From positions 162,763,036 through 162,827,035 of the forward strand of contig NC_085842.1 in NCBI RefSeq assembly GCF_035594765.1: DNA of 64,000 nucleotides, given 5' to 3'. Source of the stretch: Anolis carolinensis. Its lineage: Eukaryota. Numbering within the stretch: the first letter of the stretch is position 1; each line of letters begins with the position of its first letter. Below, piece by piece: positions 24,058 through 38,289 of this stretch. The position numbers were made by a program, and so were the translations under genes. The notes beneath the pieces are model-generated. The model made no database searches. It saw only the letters and a program-made list of their open reading frames with translations, and was not told the DNA's origin.

Positions 24058-25814
24058 TAGAGCCACTTTGGGTTCTGGGAGAAGAGTGGGGTAATAATAA
24101 TAATAATAATTTTAGTAAATAATAATAATCCAGTATGCGTACTGTACCTTTACACTTATTTTTAAAAGAACCAGTGCTTAGTTCGTCCCAAGAGAACCTA
24201 AAAGAAGCATTAACCCCTTTACCATGGCACCACTTCTGGCCTTTTTGAATGTCTGGGCAGGAAATTCACAGCAGCCAGGATCAACTGGCTTTCTGAGGCA
24301 GCATTGATGCTTTCTGTGGAATTACCCCCAGCATATCCATGGGCCATGTCAAAATCATTATTTTTAACCCCAAAACTTGCCCTCGCCTTATACATGAGGT
24401 TGACTCATACATGAATATATATATATAATAGGTTAAAAGACAGCTTCTTGCTTGAATGCTGTGAGGACAGAGGCAAAGAAAGCAAGGGTAATTACTCAAT
24501 AATTACAATGGGGGAAGGACAATTATTCTGTCTCTCTAACACTTCGCTGTTTTCTTTTGCTTACCAAAGCACCTTAAAAAACACACAAACTTGCAGCTGA
24601 CTTTGTGTGTGTCTACAATACAAGACTAATAGAGTTGGAAGAGACCATGTGGGCCATCTAGTCTAACCCCCCTGCCATGCAGGAAAGGTGATTGTTTTAC
24701 TCCTTATATTTGTTCTTTCTTCTGAAATGATCAAGGTAGCATGCAGAGCTCTCACCCGCATTTTTACCTTAACATCTGTATCAGGTATATTACCTTGTTC
24801 TTCAGCAGGTAACAATGATAGGATCTTAGCACTGGGGCAAGGAAGAGTCCTTTCCCCAGAAATAACCAAAGATATTTTGTGCCTGGGGCAGAAAATCTAA
24901 ATACTACCCCACTACTCAACATACCAACAAAGAAAATATCAGATGAAATCTGTGCCTAAAGAGGACATCTGCCTGACCCCAGTGAATTGCAGGGCCAGAT
25001 GTCAATTTTGCTCTGATCCATGAGAACAGCTATGAATGAGTAATGTAGATAACATCCCTTGGGCTAGAAGGACCATTTACTGCTAAAAAGTAGCCTTATT
25101 GTTCAGAAAGCAAAACTTTATCATCCAAAATAGAACACTGCCAAGACTACTATCATTAACAATTTACGTGACTCCTATAGTTAAACACTCAGTTCATTGA
25201 ATTGTCCATATGAATATGATTACTGCATTGGCAAACCATAAGATTGCTGTTAGACAGCCAAGGCTAAAATGTGGTTTTAAATCTATCTATCTATATTCCA
25301 ACCACTCATATAAGCTATGACGCATCTGGGCACTTAACGCATGACTGGCTGTACCTGCAGTGTAATTATAATTCAACCTTGTTTTGACAGCTGAATAAGG
25401 ATTTCAGTGCTGCTGTATCATACCCCATTGTGCAGTCCCACATTCATCTGATAAAGCTAGGGAGACTGATAACAGTTGACAAAGTCTCACAAATGACTTG
25501 GAAAAGTAAGGTATAGGACAGGTATAGGACACTTATAATAAAGTATAGATCAGCATAGTTGATTCCTTATAGCAATAGGTTTTACCTTTTGCTTCAAGAA
25601 GTTCTGAAATATTTCAGATTTAGTTCACATGATTTAACTCCTTTCTGGGGCTGTAACCTCATTTCTACACCAAAATGTCTAATCTCTATGACTTTTTTCA
25701 AATATGGAGGAGAAAATATTAAATACAGTATTCCACAACCATAGTGATATAAGAGAGGAAGTTGACTCATTTATTCATGCTTAATGTAACCGGGATCCCT
25801 GGAGAAGGTTCACA

Positions 25815-26040
25815 CAGAATCATAGAGTTGGGAGAAACTACAAAGGCTGTGTTAGTCGAACCCATTCTGCCATGCTACACAACTAAAGCATTCCTAACAG
25901 ATGACCATCCAACCTTTGTTTTAAAAACCCCAGAGAAGGAGACTCCATCACACTCCAAGGCCACACATTCCACTCTCAAACATCCCTCAGGAATGTCAGG
26001 AAGTTATTCCCAATATTTAGGTGAATCTCTTTTCCTGTAG
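25815..26040 (-). mobile_element. Old CR1 3' fragment
   Basis: agaatcatagagttgg...gtcaggaagtt...aggtgaatctcttttcctgtag. Confidence 0.7.
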
Positions 26041-26160
26041 TTTTCTTGTAGTTTCCATTATGCATTTTCCTGTACCCAGGAGTCTTTGAAAAGTTTCAAA
26101 TGAAGGATAGTGGTTGGCATTTCAGAGGTCTATGAGTGCCAGCAAACACTGGCACTCATA

Positions 26161-26246
26161 GACCTTCATAAACCTTTGCTCTCTTCCTGACCTTCATAAA
26201 CCTTTGCTCTCTTCCTGACCTTCATAAACCTTTGCTCTCTTCCTGA
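26161..26246. repeat. 28-bp tandem repeat, 3 perfect copies
   Basis: gaccttcataaacctttgctctcttcct at 26161, 26189, 26217. Confidence 0.95.
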
Positions 26247-26539
26247 TCTAGAAGAGAGGGAATGAGTTGGAAATCACCTCTGTCTCCAGCTGCACATTGA
26301 GAGTGAGTCTGACCACACCAAAAAGATTAGAATAACTGAAAGGGAGTGTCCCATTTTCCTCCTGTGACCTGTCTTTGCTGCCATTGTATACCATTTGATG
26401 AATTTCCAGATACACAAGAGGAGGACAGGTACAGGTGAGAAGTGTAAGCACACCCAGGTGGGAATAGGTCCATTGATTCGTATCATATCGCTGGAAAGAA
26501 AGATTTGGCACCCCAAATCTTGGTAGGTCAGAATAGTCA

Positions 26540-26803
26540 AGGCAGGGTGGCCTAGGGGATAAAAGCCTTGTGAATTGAAGGTTGGGTTGCTGACCTGAAG
26601 GCTGCCAGGTTCGAATCCCACCCGGGGAGAGCGCGGATGAGCTCCCTCTATCAGCTCCAACTCCATGCAGGGACATGAGAGAAGCCTCCCACAAGGATGG
26701 TAAAACATCAAAACATCCGGGCATCCCCTGGGCAACGTCCTTGCAGACGGCCAATTCTCTCACTCCAGAAGCAACTCCGGTTGCTCCTGACACACACAAA
26801 AAA
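26540..26803 (+). mobile_element. Anolis SINE2-like SINE
   Basis: Same body as 21153-21444. Confidence 0.85.
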
Positions 26804-27654
26804 ATTGTGTTTGTGTGCCTTCAAGTCATTTCCAACTTGTTGTGACCCTAACGGCTGAGAGTCTCAGTCTCCAGGGTCATAGTCCAACCCTCAAACCACT
26901 ATACCTTGCTGACTACCTAATTCTTGGTTTCTGTCCACATTCCAGGGGCAAGAATCCTTCACCATTCTCAGACATTCTGAAGGTGCAACTTCAAGCATTC
27001 CTTATCAGTATCTAGGGGTGATGGCACTTGTTGTCCAACAATATCTGGATGGCTGCACTATTATCAGCCTTGGCTTATACTTCCCTTTCTGTGAAACAAC
27101 AGTACAAGTGTTCAACATTTAACAACTTACTGAATTAAGAATAGTTCCTCATAGTGGTTCCATAGACCTGCACTCAGATGTATTTGATTCTCTGCAGAGG
27201 AGCGAAAGCACAGATAGTGTTCACCCTCTTGTAGTAGTCTGGACTAACACCTAGAGCAAATTCACTACCTCACTGCCATGGAAGCCAACAGCCACCACCA
27301 GTTTTTTCCACCTTTCCAGCCACTGGTTGTCCAAGTAGTGCCCACTACTTTCAAGTGGTCTTTGTCTTTGTATGGGATTCATCCTCCACATTTAACTCAT
27401 GTTGATAAAAATGCATATAACCCTTAAAGGCAGAAGGCTTTAATGCTATACTATTCCAGGAATGATTTTCACCAAGAAACTATCTCTGAAAATCCTGAAC
27501 ATCCAGTGTTGTTAGTATTAACCACCATCCCACAGAGGATGTGGCCAGCATTGCTTAGATCATATACATAATTCTAATATTTCAGCAATACTATCCCTCA
27601 GGGTATGAGGAATTGTCATCAGATTATAAATACAGTATAAGGAGAAGCTCACCA

Positions 27655-30600
27655 TGGCACTACCTTTTTGTGGTGGTGTGAGGCAAGAAACCATGCTGTC
27701 AGCAGCAATGCTACTGGTAAGGTCTCCTATGTCTGACAGGCTTTTGTTGAAAAGCCATGGTAAATCTGCCAAACAGCTACTGGAGGGCAGAACTAGTGAG
27801 AGGGTGACACTGGCAGAGGATCTTTCAGAGACAACAGCAGTAACAACATAACTAATTCTTTCAATACTGCATTGAATGAGGTATGGTAAGCCTGCTTTTG
27901 AAGATTTTTTTTATCATGAAAAACCTATGATAAGACCATCCACAATGAAACAAGAGATAGTACCCCAAGATGTGATTCCCAAGTCAGAAGGCACTCAAAA
28001 AGCTACTAGGGAAGAGAAAAGGTCAAGGATGAGTAGCAATGTGGCTAATAATGTGACTAGACTCAAGAAAAAAAAAGGCATTCCACTGTTAACATACTCA
28101 AAGGTAAAAGGAAAGGTCAAAGCTATGGAATACATATTATAGGAATGTGGAGTGTAAGAAGCATGAATCAGAAGTAGCTAGATACAATAAAACAAGAAAT
28201 GAATTTACAATGCAATACTTGGGATGAACAAGCCAAAAGTGAATGGAATATTTTGAATCAGTTAAGTACATTGTGTTTAAAATGATAATCTCAGAAGAAA
28301 TGGGGTGACATTAATAGGGAGGAGAGATGTAGCAAAAGAAGTTAAAGAATATAATAAAAAGTCTGACCAAATCATATCAATAAGACTTTAGGGAAACCCC
28401 ACCCATATAATCATAATCCAGGTTTATGCTCCAATTGCAGCGGAAGAAGAGAAAAACGTTTCTATGCTGAAATAAAGGAGGAACTTCATAACACTGGTTG
28501 TTAATCACAGGTGATTAGAATGTAAATGTAAGGAATAAAGCAGAATAAAAAATCATTGAAAAACTTGGTTTGGAATCAATAAATAAAATAGGAGAGTGAT
28601 TAACCGAATTTTGTGAGGCCAGGAATTTTGTTCATTGCAAGCACCCTCTTTCAGCAGTCAAAGAAATGTTTTTATACATTTTGTTTATTGCAAGCACTCT
28701 CTTTGAACAATCAAAGATGGCCAATATAGAAATCAAATAGAATTCATAACTGGAAGCAAAAGACAGAGAAACTCAATTCGTTCTGCAAAAACAAAACCAG
28801 GCGCAGATTTTGATACAGACTATGAATGGCTAAATGTAAAATTTAAGCTAAAGAAGGACACTAAAACAAACATCATGCCAAAATACAACCTGAAAACATC
28901 CAAGTAGAATTTAAACATAATATAAAAATAGATCTGCACTATTTATTGGGAGCTAAAGGATTCTGAATTGAAGCCAGGGATACTGCCAAGGTTGCAAGGC
29001 AAAAAAGACACTGCCCGCAGCCCAAAGGATAGAAAGCCTCAATGGCTACAGATTAAACTCTTCAAGCAATTAAGGACAGCTGAGAAGCAAAAGTGAAAGG
29101 TGATAGAAAGGTCAGAAACCTAAATGCAAATGTTTGATGACTTATTGACAGAGACAAAGAAAATTACTACAATAATCAATGCAGTGAAACTGAAGGGGGG
29201 GAAAAGAAAAACAAGAGACCTCTTCCACAAGGTCTGAAAACTCTAAGGGAAATTTAAACCAAGAAAAGGGATGCTCTGTGACCAGCAAGAGAACATATTA
29301 CATGATTAAATAGAAATAAATAGATGGAAGAACTGTATAAAAAGATGAAGGAATGACAGATTCATTCAAGGAAGGACGATTGGAAGATTAATTTACACTT
29401 TTAGAAAATGAAGTGGAAGCTGCACTCAGAGCACTTGGAGAAATAAATCATTCAGGAACAGATGGCATACCAGTAAGGGCTGCTCCCTACTACAAAGACA
29501 GAATTTAATCTAGTTCTAACTAAAACCTGTCAACAAATATGGAACACAAAAAAATGTTTATGGAGATTGAAAATCCTCCCTATATATTCCAATCCTCAAA
29601 AAAGGAGAGATCAAGAAATTGCAGTAACCACAAGACCATTGCACTAATTTTCCATGCAAGCAAAGTGATGCTTAAAATTCTACAACAGAGATTTTTAAGT
29701 TATTTGTCATTTGCCCAAACTGGTTTCAGGAAAGGAAGAGACACTATGGATCATATTGTAAACATATGATGAAAAATAGATTGCCAAAGAATTTTGGAAG
29801 AAAATCAACCTCAGCTTAGTAGTAATTACAAAGCTTTGGGCTGTGCATATCACAAAAACCTATGGAGCTCTTTTGAACGAATTGATGTGCCATAAAAATT
29901 GATTTTCCTAGTGGACAATCAGGACAAAACTTAGAGAAACCTAATGGTGTCCAGGTAGCCAGGGACTCAGTCAAGGCTGCATTTTATCATTCTGTTTAAC
30001 TTGAACCCTGACCACATCATACATAAAGCAAGATTGGGCTTAGAAGATGTAAGCATGAGAATTGGAGGAATGAACATAAGCAAATTAAGATATGCAGATG
30101 ACATCAACTAAAAGCAGAAAATAGCAATGATTTGTAATGATTCCTGTCAAAACTCAAAGAAGAATGTGCAAGCTGATACTTAGGAAAAGAAAATAGTGAC
30201 CACAGGTGACTCACAAACCTTTTCAGTAAAGGATGAAGTCACTGAAATACTTCTAGGTTCTCCATACTTTTGCTCAGTCATTAATCAGAATGGAGACTGC
30301 AGGATTTGGAAGGGTAGCTATGAAGGAACTAGATAAGATCCTCATGTGTCAAGATATATCATAGAATACGAAAGATAGGATTGCCCATGCCATTGTATTT
30401 TCCATTTCTATGTGTGAAGGAATCTGATAGGAACAATATTACATTTTTTGGATTTCATATTATTTTTTTAAAGAAAAAAGATGGCATAGTAAAAGAACAA
30501 TAACAATACAAAACAAAGCATTTCTATAATACATATTCTTAAAAATATGCAGCTATATAATTAGCTATGACCCAAAACACACTGACATCACACTTACCTA

Positions 30601-31510
30601 CATTACAATACACACACAAACGATATTAACCAGCAAACACAGAGAGACAATTCTATGAACCCCATACTCACTGTCTGTTGATTTTTATCCCTTATTATTT
30701 TACCCCTTTTAGATAGTACAGTAGAGTCTCACTTATCCAACATTCTGGATTATCCAACGCATTTTTGTAGTCAATGTTTTCAATGCATTATGATATTTTG
30801 GTGCTAAATTCATAAATACAGTAATTACTACATAGCATTAATGTGTAATGAACTACTTTTTCTGTCAAATTTGTTGTATAACATGATGTTTTGGTGCTTA
30901 ATTTGTAAAATCATAACCTATTTTGATGTTTAATAGGCTTTTTCTTAATCTCTCCTTATTATCCAACCTATTTGCTTATCCAACGTTCTGCCAGCCCATT
31001 TATGTTGGATAAGTGAGACTATACTGTACTATATATCCACACTTCTGCTTTTGGTAACACTAATTTAATTTATAAATCTTACAAATTACATTTTCCCCCA
31101 ATGTTGTTGTGAAAAAGTGATAAAAAATCACACTCCTTCTTAAAGTTCACCATTTGATGAACTTTGATGAAATTTACTTATCTGACTGCTAAAAAGACAA
31201 ATAAGTAGGTCCTAGAGCAAACAAACCTGAATTTCCTCTAGAAGTCAAGGTGACTAAGCTGATAGACCTCTATCATGAGAATACATGACTCACTAGATAT
31301 GACAATAATGCTTAAAAGCATAGAAGGCAGTTGTTGGTGGTGGGGGAGCGCGGGGTTGAAGATAGCATTCCAGATGGATAGACTCAGCCAAGGAAGCCAT
31401 AACCATCTGATAGACCTAAGAAGGACTGTTGATGATAGGGTGACTTGGAGGCCTCTTATTCATGGGATCATCATAACTCAAAGTTGACCTGATGCCACTT
31501 AACAACAAGA
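27655..31510 (+). mobile_element. Near full-length, heavily decayed RTE (BovB-like) LINE with nested insertions at about 30450-31170
   Basis: Endonuclease remnants (W.VRSMNQ ~28147, IQVYAP ~28416), QTGFRKGRDT.DHI (~29716), LRYADD (~30086), caa-type tail ~31500; 5' boundary approximate. Confidence 0.85.
30719..31026. mobile_element. Tc1/mariner-type MITE
   Basis: Family TIRs, TA flanks. Confidence 0.9.
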
Positions 31511-31858
31511 AGCAGTACCAGATCCAGGTTGTGGAACTTCTCTTTCTTGAAAGTGTTTCCCATGTCTCATATCCTAATCAGATTAATTTTCATTTGACAT
31601 TGTATAGGTAGAGGATGGGAGATTATTGTACCACCATCTGTCATAATTTACATGTGAGTTTTACTGCCTTGGAAGCAAGGCAGTTTGCAAGAGTAAAGAT
31701 ACTTGTGTTCCTCCCTCTTTCAAAAGTAGAGTCTCACTTATCCTTGCAACTCCTGTTTGTTTTTAGCAGGTGTAATATCTATGTTGATGACCAAATCATG
31801 AAATGAGGAGATTACATAACAAATTTTGAGTTGAAGAGTGGGTCTCTTTATTTAACTA

Positions 31859-32181
31859 CAGTAGAGTCTCACTTATCCAAGACTCGCTTATCCAAGGTTC
31901 TGGATTATCCAATGCATTTTTGTAGTCAATGTTTTCAATATATCGTGATATTTTGGTGCTAAATTTGTAAATACAGTAATTACAACATAACATTACTGCG
32001 TATTGAACTCCTTTTTCTGTCAAATTTGTTGTATAACATGATGTTTTGGTGCTTAATTTGTAAAATCATAACTTAATTTGATGTTTAATAGGCTTTTCCT
32101 TAATCCCTCCTTATTATCCAGGATATTTGTTTATCCAATGTTATGTCGGCCCGTTTAGCTTGGATAAGTGAGACTCTACTG
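31859..32181. mobile_element. Tc1/mariner-type MITE
   Basis: Family TIRs, TA flanks. Confidence 0.92.
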
Positions 32182-33027
32182 TAGTAACTATATCTGTAGC
32201 TGACAATTTTAATAATGCTGCAGAGTATACATGTTACTGTTACAGTAACAGGAAAACAAAAAGACAATAAATTGCTCAAATTAAGTAATTTTATTGATGA
32301 TACTTTGTATTGCTACTATGACTATGTCTCACAAGAAATAGTAACTGCCTAATACTTTTTTACACTGTTGGTCTGCACATACTTTTTAGTAGGATAATGA
32401 ATAATAGATCCCAAGTAGCCTCAGTCTATTCCATCTTCTGCAGCTCTCAATCATGCTAAACAAATGCACTGAAATACTCAGGAGGTTTACTCAAAAGTAA
32501 GTACCACTGTGTTCAATGGGGCCTACCTCCTAAGAGTGGTGGGTACAATACAACATTGTCCTTAAGGATTCTATTTTCCACTTGCTCTTCATTTGTCTCA
32601 CATATTAAAACAGTCTCAGCTGCAGATTAAGTTTTGATTTTGTGACTCAATCGTGTCCATCAGTCATACCTGCATTCAGCAGTAGCTGGCAATCATGCTT
32701 TATGGCAGTGTTTCTACAAGTTGGTTAGCTCTGTTCACAAGTACTGATGTCTTGTTAATGACCATCTAGAATTCTGTAAAAATCCAGTCCAATAGCATGA
32801 GCCTTTGTATGTACTGCACCATTCATTTGGACAGTGTAAATTAATCTGAATTCAAGCTTGGATTGGCTGCATGAATCACACTGCAATCTTTTGGGGTTCA
32901 CATCACGATGTTCTTAAAGCTGATCACATGCCCTGATCTCTGAATACATGGGAATCAATATTCATGATGGAAGGTTGTTTCTGGAAGGGGTGGTAAGAAA
33001 GCAGAGCTTGAAAAAGTTACTTTAGTG

Positions 33028-33160
33028 CAGTGGTTCTCAACCTGTGGGTCCTCAAATGTTTTGGCCTACAACTCCCAGAAATCCCAGCCAGTTTACCAGC
33101 TGTTAGGATTTCTAGGAACTGAAGGCCAAAACATCTGGGGACACACAGGTTGAGAACCAA
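33028..33160. mobile_element. hAT-type MITE
   Basis: cagtggttctcaacc ... ggttgagaacca. Confidence 0.85.
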
Positions 33161-36100
33161 AATTTTAGTGGATTGCAAACCTTTTTTGTCCTCTAGGGTT
33201 TGTTTTCAGGTTGCATGCATGTATACACACACACACACACATCCTGTAGATACCAAAGTCCATGGGTATGCAAGTCTCATTATATGCAAACAGTGTAGTA
33301 AAATTGTATCCCTTATATACAATGGCATAATCAAAGTTTGATTTTTGGATTTATTTTAAGATAGACAGACAGATTGATACATATTTCAATCCATCAATAT
33401 GGTGTATAGCAGAAAGGGCAATGTGTAATAGAAGGAATCATGAGATATCACATCTAAAAGACCTAGACCAGCAGTTAAAATTACCAAAAAAAATTATTCA
33501 AAAAACTACATAACTGAAAAGAAAGGAAACAACTGAGGTCCTACCTATAGCTGGTCTAAACTCAATCTTCTGAGGACAAAGGAATGGAAAGTTCCAGGAA
33601 GCGGGCTTGAAACTTGATTTTGGGGAGTTGCCCTGAGAATATCAGCCTACACATCAAAGGTAGGGGCAGGACAGATGGAGATAGAGAGCAAGCCAATCTA
33701 TCAACTTAGACCCTAGCTACTGTTGATCCATTTCCCATCACGAGCACTGCTTTCTTATGTAGAGCATGGTTGAATTCCAACATATGGAAAGACGACTGTA
33801 AAAATACAGCTTCTAGAAACCCCCATGCTGACTCGGGAATCCTGGGAGCTGCAGTTTAGGAAAGTAAGTTTTTCAAATACAGGAATTCTCAGACTGACTT
33901 ACGTTTCTGATAAATTTTACATCCTAAGTGATTCCAAGTTATAAGCAATGAAATGAAATGAGCCTATGTATTTTAGTTTTCAAAGTTCTTTGCTTTTGAA
34001 AAACCTTTTCACTTTAGCACAGGGATGACCAGTAATTAAGACCTTCGGAGGACACATCCTGCACAGTACCCACTAATACACACTTTAAAATGTTTTATTT
34101 TACCCAAAAATACCTTATAAGGGACACAAGGACATTTCCACCATGTTTTTAAGCCCATGAGATACCTATTTTAACAATAAGAAGTCAGTGGAAGCCCATT
34201 CCTGTTCACTTGTTCTTTCAAAAAGGCCTCTCATATCCCACAAACATTCTGGAAATGGCTTCCAAACTCTCTAGATGGCATTTGGGAACACAAATTGACC
34301 CTTAAGACCCCAAAAAATGTTATACAATTTTGTGAATGAAGCAAGATGATTGCCTGCTTTAGATGAATGTTGGAAAAATTTTTTGGTGATATCACCCTTC
34401 CTTGTTCGCAAAATTATATAAAACTCCAAAGTTTGCAGTCTTCCATTTGCAATCCTCCCGTCTTCTCACATCACATTTATTTTTGTTTCTGCACACAACA
34501 CATAAAGGAGGAAATGGCAAAAGGGCTGCAACATGTCTTTCATTTGGTAGTACAGGGAGAAAGCCTTCCATCTGGAAGTGCCTTTCCCAGTTGATATTTT
34601 ATTTATCCCACAGTAGTCCGTCATGCCATGAAGCATTTCCTTCTTTCATCCCAGTCTGAAAACATATCCCCCTCTTTAATGTGGCAGCCTTCAATCTGCA
34701 GCACCAGAAATGTCAATTGTTTGCTAGAGATTTGCCCTCAATGATGTCCAAGACCTGCGTGTGAAATCTACAAAAAAGGTGGATAACAAAGCCTTCAGTG
34801 ACTCTTGACTCACGGTTGCCCAAGGCTGCCATCTGGCTAGAAACTAAGCAGCCAGCCTGGCTTCTTAGCAAAGCTTTGGTGTGCCAAAATCATCAGGTGC
34901 GGTGTTCTTTGCCCTGGAATGGAGTTCAATAATTCTATATCCAATAAAGAAATCTTAGTGTTTGAATCCAACCCAAGTTCCCAGCAAGGGCTTACTTTTT
35001 CAGCCACAGCCATTACGTTAGTAAGACAAGTGACAGCAGATTAAACCATGTTCTGAACTTTGAAGAATGTGGGTTGAATCTCCAGGGCTGCATCGACAGT
35101 GTAAAATTAATGTAGTTTGACACCACTTTGTCCATGCTCAATGCTATGTAATCATGGAAGCTGTAGATCATTGAGGTGCCAGCACTCTTTGGCAGGGAAG
35201 GCAAAAGGCAACAACAGCTCTCATGATTCCACAGCAGTGAGGGATGGGAGTTCAAGTGGTGTCAAGCTACATTCATTCTACAGTGTACATGCTGCCTAGG
35301 ATTTCCTCTTAAAAGGACCAGGGAAGTGGGTTTCACTGCATAAAATCCTAGAAAGCCACTGCCAAGGAGAGAAGACAATATTATGCAAAATGGGAAAAGA
35401 GTTTACATTGGTATAAAAGTAATATAAAATAACATATCTTGATAATTAGAACCAATGAGGTGCAGTGGTTCAAGTGTAGGACTAAGCCATGGAAGCACAC
35501 TGAATGACCTTGGGAAAATCATACCGTTTCAGAGGAAGACAATGGTAAAAGTGTTGCTGAAAAAATCCTATGCATTGTTAGGTACAGATAGAAGTAAGGA
35601 AATATTGCTCAAAAATGCATGTGTTTATGTGCGTATCATGACATGAGCCTAGATTTTTTAATAGCTGTTTTTTTCCCCATAAAAATGCAAATAAAAAATT
35701 AAAAAATATTTAAATTAAAATATTTTGTACTGGGTTCACCTTAGGGTCCCACTAAGACAAAAATGATTTGAAGACAGACAATAATTACATATGTGGATAT
35801 ATCTACCAGCTATCTAAATCTGCTTTGTCTAAGCATATTGATACGATAACATAATAAAAAGTGAAAGAAACTCACAACATTTTTCTGTATTTCCTCCACC
35901 ATACCGAGGCAGCAGATTAGAGTTTATGGGGAATTATAGTGGAGGAGGACTGCCTGTAAACCCATGAGGAATAATGAGAAAGAAGGCTGTCATTACTATT
36001 GCAAAGGATGTGCCACCTGGTTAATGGTAGGACTGGCCCTTTTCAGTGTCTCATTTTTGCTTTCCCTTTAGTTTCAGAAGTCTAGCATTGTTTACATATG

Positions 36101-36363
36101 CAGTGGACCCTTGGTATCCTCCGGGTTTAGTTCCAGGACACCCTGTAAATACTAAAAGCAATGGCTGCTCAAGTTCCGTTATATGCAATGGCCTTTATAT
36201 AACATGGCAAAATCTTGGTTTGCTTTATGGAATTTTCTTTTTTGAATACTTTCAAGATGTAAATCCATAGATGCAGAAACTCCAGAAAAATTCGCATTTA
36301 AAAGGAGAAATGGGGGAATGAAACTGAGATATTCAAAGGTCCAAGTTCTGCACCTATCCACAG

Positions 36364-36512
36364 TGGCCCTGTCTACACTGCCATATAATCCAGATTATCA
36401 AAGCAGATAATCTACATTATCTGCTTTGAACTGGATTATATGAGTCTACACTGCCATATAATCCAGGTCAAAGCAGATAATCTGGATTTTATATGGCAGT
36501 GTAGAAGGGGCC
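36364..36512. mobile_element. PIF/Harbinger-like MITE
   Basis: ggccctgtctacactgccatata / tatatggcagtgtagaaggggcc. Confidence 0.7.
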
Positions 36513-37004
36513 AGAGCCCTGAACTTTCCTATGATCTGAAAATATGAGGTCAGAATTAAAAATCACTGCCATGTTGATCTGGAATATCCATATGTCTAAG
36601 AAAGTAGCTTCAACTATGCACGTTTATGCCATCCACTTCATTCTCAGTTCGTCTCTATATTCCAAACATATGTGTTTGTGTATGAATAGCATGATACATC
36701 TTACCCACAAAACGAAGTACCAATATGCTCAGTGCAACGGCAGAAGGGTTGCAAATTTGGCAGCCTTGGACACGTCGGTTTTCATTCAAAGAATGTTAAG
36801 GGTGAATCTACACTGTAGAATTGATGCAGTTTGTCACCACTCTTTAAATGCTGTTGTATTGCAAACTCTTTAACATCTTCCAAAGAGTTCTGGTATCTCA
36901 CCAAAAGACAACTCCCAGGATTCCATAGCATTGAGCCATGGCAGTTAAAGTCGTGTCTGTCTTTGTTAATTCTACAGTGTAGATCCTCAATTGGAACTTT
37001 GTTC

Positions 37005-37245
37005 ATCATCCAAAGTCATAGGAAGGATGGGGGGCAAACCAAGGGCAAGATGGATGGATGTTATCCTTGAAGTGACTGGCTTGACCTTGAAGAAGCTGGG
37101 GGTGACCACTGCTGAAAATAAAGGTTTCTTCTTCTTTTCTTCTGTCTCTGGTTGGTGTTGCTGATATCCGTGTGGGAGTCCTGGCCTGGAATGGTCCATG
37201 AGATCATGAAGAGTCAGAAGCAACTGAACAAATAAACAACAACAC
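37005..37245 (+). mobile_element. RTE/BovB-type 3' fragment with ~70-bp internal filler
   Basis: PRARWMD motif; gtccatgagatcatgaagagtcagaagcaactgaac plus (caa)n tail. Confidence 0.7.
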
Positions 37246-37365
37246 CAAAATCATAAAGCATATTAAGAACCAGATCCACGACCGGGCCTGCTGAATTAAT
37301 ATGATTTACAAAAGTGCTGATTATGATGCCTTTCACTGTATTTAGAACTAACTATGGATTAGACA

Positions 37366-37690
37366 TGGAGTCCTCGGTTGTGCAGCAGGTTAAACTGCTG
37401 AGCTGCTGAACTTGCTGACTGAAAGGTCGGCAGTTTGAATACAGAGAGTGTGGTGAGCTCCCACCGTTAGCCCCAGCTTCTGGTAACCTAGCAGTTCGAA
37501 AACATGCAAATGTGAGTAGATCAATAGGTACCGCTCTGGCGGGAAGGTAACAGCACTCCATGCAGTCATGCCGGCCATATGACCTTGGAGGTGTTTATAA
37601 ACGTCGGCTCTTCAGCCTAGAAATGGAAATGAGCACCAACCCCCAGAGTCGGACACGACTAGACTTAATGTCAGGGGAGAACCTTTACCT
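37366..37690 (+). mobile_element. Sauria SINE
   Basis: Complete body; near-TSD ctatggattagac/ctatggactagac. Confidence 0.9.
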
Positions 37691-37724
37691 ATGGACTAGA
37701 CGCCAAGATACAAGCATTCCCAAA

Positions 37725-38230
37725 GTTGTGTTGTCGAAGGCTTTCATGGCCGGGATCACAGGGTTGTTGTATGTTTTCCGGGCTTTATGGCCATGTTCCA
37801 GAAGTATTCTCTCCTGACGTTTCGCCCACATCTATGGCAGGCATCCTCAGAGGTTGTGAGGTATGGAGAAACTAAGCAAGGAAGGTTTATATATACAGTA
37901 GAGTCTCACTTATCAAACACTCGCTTATCCAACATTCTGGATTATACAATGCATTTTTGTAGTCAATGTTTTCAATATATCGTGATATTTTGGTGCTAAA
38001 TTCGTAAATACATTAATTACTACATAGCATTACTGCATATTGAACTACTTTTTCTGTCAAATTTGTTGTATAACATGATATTTTGGTGCTTAATTTGTAA
38101 AATCACAACCTAATTTGATGTTTAATACACTTTTCCTTAATCCCTCCTTATTATCCAACATATTCGCTTATCCAACGTCCTACCGGCCCGTTTATGTTGG
38201 ATAAGTGAGACTCTACTGTATCTGCGGAAA
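37725..38230 (-). mobile_element. Penelope terminal fragment interrupted by a mariner-type MITE (37896-38218)
   Basis: Nearly identical to 60365-60507; MITE TIRs at TA. Confidence 0.88.
37809..37860 (-). ncRNA. Minimal type I hammerhead ribozyme motif (Penelope-associated), intact core
   Basis: Minus strand CUC-ACAA-CCU CUGAGGA U GCCUGC-CAUAGAU-GUGGGC GAAAC GUC^ AGG-A-GAG. Confidence 0.75.
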
Positions 38231-38289
38231 GTTATTCCCACTTTGGGAAATGGCTAAACATGGGAGATCCCGAGCATCTAGAAACCTAT

